From Octopus bimaculoides (taxonomy: Eukaryota): DNA of 57,109 nt. Of the stretch, positions 50,081 through 57,109 are shown in pieces. The position numbers and the translations under genes are program-made. The notes below the pieces were generated by a model. The model ran no database searches, was not told the DNA's origin, and saw only the letters and a list, made by a program, of their open reading frames with translations. Every line of letters starts with the position of its first letter. The first letter of the stretch is position 1. Location: contig NC_068985.1 of NCBI RefSeq assembly GCF_001194135.2, forward strand, positions 56,505,629-56,562,737. The letters run 5' to 3'.

Positions 50081-50260
50081 TGAGCAAGAGCACACACGTA
50101 GACGGAAAGTGTCGCTGAAGAGTTCACAGAAGTGTGACGAAAGATTTCCGGACAATGGACATGAATTAGAATAAGAACAGTAATAAACGAGTGAATAACG
50201 AATATACAGTGCGTGTGTTCATTTGTCAAAAAAAAAAGACCGTCCCGAAATACAATATAT
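50081..50260 (+). repeat. Unnamed dispersed repeat containing a hammerhead-like fold (second copy at ~2160-2285, minus)
   Basis: gagca.gagcacacacg..gacggaaagtgtcgctgaagag.tcacag and gtgcgtgtgtt...caaaaaa..gacc.tc.cgaaatacaa are shared with the reverse complement of 2160-2285. Confidence 0.8.
50110..50154 (+). ncRNA. Minimal type I hammerhead-ribozyme-like motif
   Basis: CTGAAGA 50115-21; stem II G-(T)-TCACA-GAAG-TGTGA-C; GAAA 50139-42; GATTTC; stem I TGTCG/CGGACA with a bulge. Confidence 0.55.
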
Positions 50261-50934
50261 GTGTGTGTGTTTGTGTGTACACGTGTGTGTGAGTGTGTGT
50301 GTATATGTGTTTGTGCGTGTGTGCGTGAATCTGTTGTGCGTAACTATGGATAGGAAAGGGTGAGGGTTGATAACTATTCAATGTTTGATGACGGTGGTCG
50401 GCGAACTTCGTGATATGTCCCCTTTCACTGAGAATAAATCTGTTAAGGTTCTGATGACTTTTTAATTACAGCTCCCGGCACCACTATGTCTACTGATTCT
50501 TAGATTAATCGGTGTCTAATTTGGGTACGTGAATTTAGATCTTATATCCCTATGATCTCTTTGTTTCTTATTTACCTGTTTTAAGCTACATCTAATTCTC
50601 CTATATATATATATATATATATATAAATTGTAAATCCAAAAGAAAAAAATAACAACAAAACTACAAAGGATTTGTTGTTATTTTTTTCTTTTGGATTTAC
50701 AATTTATTCCTTCACCGCAACCACTAGCTGGAATACACAGGTACTTACAATTGTCAAGTATTACCTCTAATTTTCAATTTACCTATATATATATATATAT
50801 ATATATGTTCGGAAGTAGAACTCAAATGCATCACTTGTCCAGCTAATGTTGGCTATGTCGGGGTCGATGTTTAAAATCTTACGTACTTGTTTAAAATTTT
50901 ACCTGATGATGATGGATTTTATATTATGATGTAA

Positions 50935-51110
50935 CTTCTTTTGAGGCTTGTCTTCTAGGCTGTAGTTACTGACTCGGAATTTCTGGAACCACCGTTGACA
51001 CTGGCTTATGCTTATTGGCTGATCCCCCCTATATTGCATTAATATTCTTCGCACTTTCTGTTGCGTTGTTGTTTTTTTTGAACTCATAAAGCAAAATATG
51101 CTGAATATAT
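50935..51110 (-). mobile_element. mariner transposase N-terminal HTH fragment
   Basis: QKVRRILMQYRGDQPISISQCQRWFQKFRVSNYSLEDKP resembles the mariner motif C..WF.KFRSG..SLED.PR. Confidence 0.75.
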
Positions 51111-51120
51111 TCCGTTGTCA

Positions 51121-51164
<44 letters not shown>

Positions 51165-51178
51165 TTGAATTTACGCTT

Positions 51179-52508
51179 CAAGTTGCGATGCGTAAATTGT
51201 TGCCATTTTATATTTTTAATTTCGCGTATGCGCATTATTTGTTGTTGATTTTGTCGACAACATAGTATAGTAGGGTCAGGTGGGCACCATCTGTGAAAAC
51301 AACAGCACCATGACACAAATAACTCTGCTAGAAATTTGGTAACGACATGCTGTATTGCTTGGCATTCGTGCCAGAAGTTCCAATACAAACACAGTGTTTG
51401 GGTGTCAACCTTAGGATAGTGCAGAAGATTCGGATGAGTCTAATGAAGAAGAGTGCAGAAGAGTTGGATGAGTCTAATGGTGATTATGTTGGTACGGCAA
51501 CTCGAAAAACTCATTGTGAACGTTCTGATAAGAAAAGTACTCCTGAATTTATTGGTGGGATCCCGGCCATGATTGACAACGATCCCTCCAAGTCAATTAG
51601 GTCCATCGCCAGTGACATGGGAATGTCTGAGTTTCTTATCAGACAGGTAGTGCATGAAGGTATTCAGTATTCCTCGTACAAAATGAGAAAGGGTCAGTTT
51701 TTATCCCAAGCCATCAAGGATAAGAGGAAAAGCCGCACTACGAAGCTTTTGAACAACCTCAAACATCCCCTGCAACAAAATATTTCTGTCAGAATCAGAG
51801 AGTGAATACACAGAACAACCGTTGGCTTGCCATGTGCCCAAAAACATTGAGACATGGCAAACAGTTGGTTTGCCATGTCTCCAAAACATGTACATGAAAA
51901 TTAAACATCCAGTCAACATCATAGTGCTTAGAGTCTTCACTAATGATGGCGACATTATGCTTCCATTCATCTTCCCACACGGCCTTAGATTCAATACGGA
52001 GACCTATATCAAATGCCTGGATGAGGTAGTGCTGCCCTGAGTCAAAAGAGTGGCTGCTGGAAGACCCTATGTCTGGCAACAGGACTCTGCACCATGCCAG
52101 ACAAGCAGGAGAAACCAGCCATGGATGTCAGAGAATTTCGGCCACCACATCACCCCTAACATCTGGCCATCTAACTCCTCAGACTGCAAACCCCTTGATT
52201 ATTCTGTGTGGGGCGCAGTTGAGCGAGAGACCAACAAAATTCCTTTTCAAACCAAAGTTGACCTGAAGGCAAGGATTATATCAGAATTCACCAACTTAAA
52301 CAAGGAGACCGTTCAGAAGACTTGCAGAAGACTCCGAAGTCATCTAGAGGGCGTGGTAGAAGACAATGGCGATTTTATTGAATAAATTTGTTCTTTAGTA
52401 TTTCAAGATACTTTTGTGTAATTTTGGTAAATATATCTGTTATAATGTGTTGTCTGTTATTTTCATTTATGAATAATTTAGATAACAATTTATTCCCCCG
52501 GTATACTG
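51179..52508 (+). mobile_element. maT-like (DD37D) transposon, near full-length, same family as 27417-28291
   Basis: Both ends are colinear with the 27417-28291 copy. ATG at 51310; QQDSAPC...NSSDCKPLDY with D37D spacing; ORF end at 52385. Contains stops, indels and short internal duplications. Confidence 0.9.
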
Positions 52509-52577
52509 AGAAACGTTTGTGTATATAGGCCCAATTCGATGCGAGTGATAAAGTATCTGAGTATTACTGTAATGTGT

Positions 52578-52624
<47 letters not shown>

Positions 52625-53355
52625 ATATTTGTGCATGTGAGCATCTGTGGGCGCGCACACAGGTGAGTACATTTGAGTGTGCTCAGTTCTCCAACGCATT
52701 ATATCTATATAATATTGATTCGACGAAAATAATTACCAGTTGTTAATATAATATTGCTGAAGTTAATTGTATGACATTGTTCTCTTCAGTGATGTCGTTA
52801 CAAGTGAAATTTACAAATCAATTTACTGTAGACAGATTCACTTAGCGGTTGATCACATCAATACGCGTGTTGAAGCGAGCAGTTTCTTTGAAATTTCGCC
52901 GTATATATAATTGAATTAGAAACGGGTTAAAAAAAGAACAACAAAATATATAGTCTACTAAAGTAGTATGCATTAATTTCATGGTCTGCAAAATTGACGG
53001 AAAATGTTATTCACTGGAGGCCATTTGACGCAATTTTGTTAAGCTTTGATAAACTTAAATGAAATTAGTTATAAACTAATGACTAGTGTTTCATATATTA
53101 TACATGTCAGCCACATGTATATTTTAGGCATATTCAGATTCATTGCCCTATCGAGTATGATGTCGCATTCAGTTAAACGAAATATTTGTGTAAATACCTT
53201 ATATTACATGTTGTGCCTTCAACTTCAAATTTCTATAGCCATTCTTGTATCGTACTTATATATTTTATACGCCACTGACAGGTATGTTGCTATTGTTTTA
53301 GTGTGAGAGAATGTCTCGTCATAAACATGTTAAAAATGCATTATATATATGTAAG

Positions 53356-53496
53356 CTAGGCGAATATTATCCCAGTATAGGCGTACTCAACCTCTTTTGG
53401 TCGTCTTTTACAGCATGCAGAGAAAATGTTGGGTTTATCCTTCACATTCCGGTCCCACCATAGCACATTTATAACCCAATTGAAGTAAATAGCAAT
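53356..53496 (-). CDS. Weak candidate exon (IAIYFNWVINVLWWDRNVKDKPNIFSACCKRRPKEVEYAYTGIIFA*)
   Basis: Pyrimidine-rich acceptor ttttgtgtttttaacacgcag immediately upstream and a 46-codon open phase-0 frame. No convincing donor. Confidence 0.25.
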   Translation of the reverse strand: MAIYFNWVINVLWWDRNVKDKPNIFSACCKRRPKEVEYAYTGIIFA

Positions 53497-53636
53497 CTGC
53501 GTGTTAAAAACACAAAATACACATATTAATATACAACTGTAGCAAAATACCCTAGATATTCAGCCCATAGCTTTTATTTCAAATATCCTTCATAATAATA
53601 ACAAAATATTAACATTAAAAATAGTAATAATAATAA

Positions 53637-53796
53637 TAGCGTGACTGCGTGGTAAGAAGCTTACTTCCCAACCACATGGTTCTGGGTTCAGTACCATTGC
53701 GTGGCAACTTGGGCAAGTCTCTTCTATTATAGCCTCGGGTCGACCAAAACCTTGTGAGTGGATTTGGTAGACGGAANNNNNNNNNNACACACATAC

Positions 53797-53832
<36 letters not shown>

Positions 53833-54065
53833 GTGTTTGTGTGTGAGTGTGTATGTGTATGTGTGCGTTTGTGTGTGTGTATTTGTGTGTGTCTGAGTTT
53901 GTACCCCCACCATTGCTTGACATTCGATGTTGGTGTCTTTACGTCTACGTATCTTAACAGTTCGGCATAAAAGACGGATAGAATAAGGACTAGGCTTACA
54001 AAGAATAAGTCCTGGTGTCGATTTGTTCGACAAAAGGCGGTGCTCCAGTAAAACAAGTGAAAGTA
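53637..54065 (+). mobile_element. OK-like SINE, full length
   Basis: Head, a 10-N gap at the central microsatellite, and tail. Confidence 0.85.
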
Positions 54066-54341
54066 TAAAAGAATAATAATAACAATATTGATGGTAATAA
54101 AAAAACATCATAATAATCAACTGGGAGTTAAGTAGAAAGCTAGGATTTGACCATACTGATAAATGGTATGAATATGAACCTAGACATTGAATTATAGAGA
54201 CTATGGAAAGTTTAGTACAGCTCCAGGAAATAGTTTTGCTTGGGTCAGCTTTGATACTGAAGCAGGTTCTTGGTATCTAAGTTTACTTGTGGCCCGATGC
54301 TAGGAATTTTTATTTTCCGACAGTCTAATCTGCTGTGGGTA

Positions 54342-54396
54342 TATGAATAATAATAATGATAATGATGGTAATGATGATGATGATGATAATGATAAC

Positions 54397-54455
<59 letters not shown>

Positions 54456-54456
54456 T
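54342..54456. repeat. (AAT/GAT)n microsatellite
   Basis: Seen directly. Confidence 0.97.
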
Positions 54457-55287
54457 TTCTACTAAAGGCACAAATTATATGAAATTTATGGGCAAGGGAC
54501 TAGTCGATCACATTTATCCCGGTGTTTCATTGCTCCTTAATTTATCGGCTCCGAAAGGATCAAAAGCAAAGTCGACCTCGGCGGAATTTGATGTAGCGAC
54601 GGACGAAATACCGCTAAGCATTTTTTCCAGCGTCCTAACAATTCTGCCAACTCACTACCTCAACAACAACAACAACAACCCTTTTTGTTACAGATACAAG
54701 GCCTGACACCGTGAGGGAGTTGCCTAGTCGATTACAGTTGTCCCTTGTAATCAACTGACACTTAATTTATCGACCAACCCAAAAGATTGAAAAGGTAAGT
54801 CGACCTCAGCGGAAATTTGAATTCAGAACATAAACACGGACGAAATGCCATTAAGCATTTTCCCCGGTGTGCTTTCAAAATTTGGCAAAAGGCCAGCAGT
54901 TTTAGCGGGAGGGTGTAAGTACATTACATCGACTGCAGTGGTTGATGGGAAGCAAGTGCAAAAAAATTTGGTGAGGAGGTTCGTCGATTAAATCGATACT
55001 AGTACTTGACTGTTACTTTATTTCATTGACTACGGAGGGATGAAAGATAAAGTTGATGTCGTCGACATGTGAACTAAGAACGTAAAGAATAGGACAGAAT
55101 ACCACAAGAGATTGTGTTTGACATTCGAATAATCCCGCCAACGTAAATAATTTCAAGCAAAGGCATAGAACGTGAAGCGACATAACTTAATATCGTAAAT
55201 TATTTTGTCTTCAGTTCTCACAATTCTGCTATTCCATTACTCGACTTAATATGAATACGATATATTCGTGTGTATATGTATGCGTGC

Positions 55288-55339
<52 letters not shown>

Positions 55340-55939
55340 CTATCTGTATACATAAAACATGCATATCAAGCTTAGCTCTCACTTGTAAGTAAGTATAATT
55401 TGTATCTCACTTTTGGTCGCTGTTTTAGATACATATGTAATCAGGAGTAGACAGACAATCTCTCGCTCCACCCTTAGCTCGATGGAAAATTTAAAACATG
55501 GCAGGTGAAGGGAAAGCAGGCTGCACCAAATGTCGCTGGTACCCATTTACAGCAGAGTAAACTAAAGAAATAAATTGACTTTCTAAAAGGCACAAAATTT
55601 TGTTCCCTACAAACAAATCATCTGAGTAGACTGTTCAGCAAACCGGTGACTAAATACGAACTTGTGTTATTGTTGAATCTTCATCTATCGTTTACAACAA
55701 ACGAGACCACTAGACATGCATGAGTAGATGCATACATACATACGTACATACACGCATGCAGACACATCTATCTATCAGTTTGCATGTCTATTCAACTATC
55801 TATCAAATCTATGCATATATACATATAGATACATATATGAGTTTGTATATATGTGTTTGTATATATATGTATACATGTATATATACATATATATGAGTGT
55901 ATATGTATGTGTACATATATATATATATATGTGTGTATA

Positions 55940-56004
<65 letters not shown>

Positions 56005-56479
56005 TTACGTGTCTGTGTATGGTTCATACGTATGATTAAAATGAAGAATGAGAGAGAGAGAAAGACAAAGAGAGAGAGAGAAAGAGAGAGAACGAAAGAG
56101 AAAGAGAGCAGGAAACAGACTAAAATAAAATTGTAGCGTGGTATTTCGCTATATTATTTCCCTAATATATATCAGAACTCCGTGTCAAATAATTACAACA
56201 TGTCAGTATGATGTCGGAAGTCCACCTACATTTTCTTTTACTGCCTCAAGATGGCGTTTACTTACATTTCGCCGGCAGTTTATTAAAATCTAACGTCCTG
56301 TAGAGACATCTCACTTTCTCTCTAATATCTAATTTTATTTCTATCTCACTGCTTATCTCCCTTTTTGTCAATCACTTAACTCTCGTCCCTTCCAAATGCT
56401 TACTTCGTCAGCCAATATTTTATATATCTTTTGGCAGAGTTCTATTTACTCAACATCACTCATTTTCTACATACATCTA

Positions 56480-56635
56480 TTTTATTATATTTCACACTCG
56501 TTTTCTTTTTCTGAACATTTCTTACTCACAACATATCGTTTAAATATTTCCTCCTTCTTATCAATTTCCGAAACAAAATAACAAAAGTATGAAACCATCT
56601 ACATGAACTTTGCTGAATAAACCGAATAAAATGCC
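56480..56635 (+). repeat. Unnamed dispersed repeat, copy 2 (copy 1 at ~40462-40620)
   Basis: Direct alignment by eye to 40462-40620. Confidence 0.8.
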
Positions 56636-56678
56636 ACAAGTAATACATACATACATACATACATATATATATTGTATG

Positions 56679-56720
<42 letters not shown>

Positions 56721-56795
56721 NNNNNNNNNNNNNNNNNNNNNNNNNNNNNNNNNNNNNNNNNNNNNNNNNNNNNNNNNNNNNNNNNNNNNNNNNNN

Positions 56796-56826
<31 letters not shown>

Positions 56827-57078
56827 TCACAGATAGATATATATATACTCACAGATAGATATATATATACATACGCATACATATATATGTGTGTGCATAT
56901 GTATGAATATGTATATGGTTATATCTCTGTACATATGTGTATGTATATATGCATATACATGCATATGCTTATATATACTCACACACACACACACACTCAC
57001 ACACACATATACACATATATACGTATACCTACGTTATGTACATAGTCAATCTATGTATATGTATTTACGTATACATAA

Positions 57079-57109
<31 letters not shown>

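Noticed and set aside
53046-53306. ORF ending ...ILYATDRYVAIVLV, resembling a class A GPCR TM3 DRY motif
   Set aside because: Cys-to-Arg and TM2-to-TM3 spacings do not fit, a stop follows immediately, and no other TM motifs are seen in flanking frames. An HMM search would settle it.
56230-56310. YY1-like CAAGATGGCG motif and a minus-strand GTAAGT donor as a promoter or first exon
   Set aside because: Single short motifs are expected by chance, with no CpG-rich context.

Overview
AT-rich, intron/intergenic-like eukaryotic genomic DNA, most likely from an octopus. This is inferred from the SINE families present and the extreme microsatellite load. About 6.3 kb (~11%) is N, in 14 gaps that are mostly bordered by simple repeats. 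No complete host gene is recognisable, and most listed ORFs are microsatellite or gap artefacts. The window is a mosaic of decayed mobile elements: many tRNA-derived SINEs; a TIR/TA-bounded Tc1 (DD34E) at 5811-7316; two maT-like (DD37D) copies; a rosa-like deletion derivative with an inverted partial copy; several Penelope-like elements (PLEs); R4/Dong-type LINE pieces in (TAA)n and (CATA)n arrays; RTE ends with C2H2 fingers; a CR1/L2-like 5' half; and Helitron-like remnants. The most interesting signals are two hammerhead-ribozyme-like folds (12190-12250 in a PLE end, 50110-50154 in an unnamed dispersed repeat), a head-to-head pair of tRNA-like units with Ser-type anticodons but short variable loops (33605-33672 / 33832-33904), a foldback-plus-direct-repeat element (40646-41366) and two orphan minus-strand exon candidates (48015-48416, 53356-53496). 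All calls are from manual reading and none has been database-verified.
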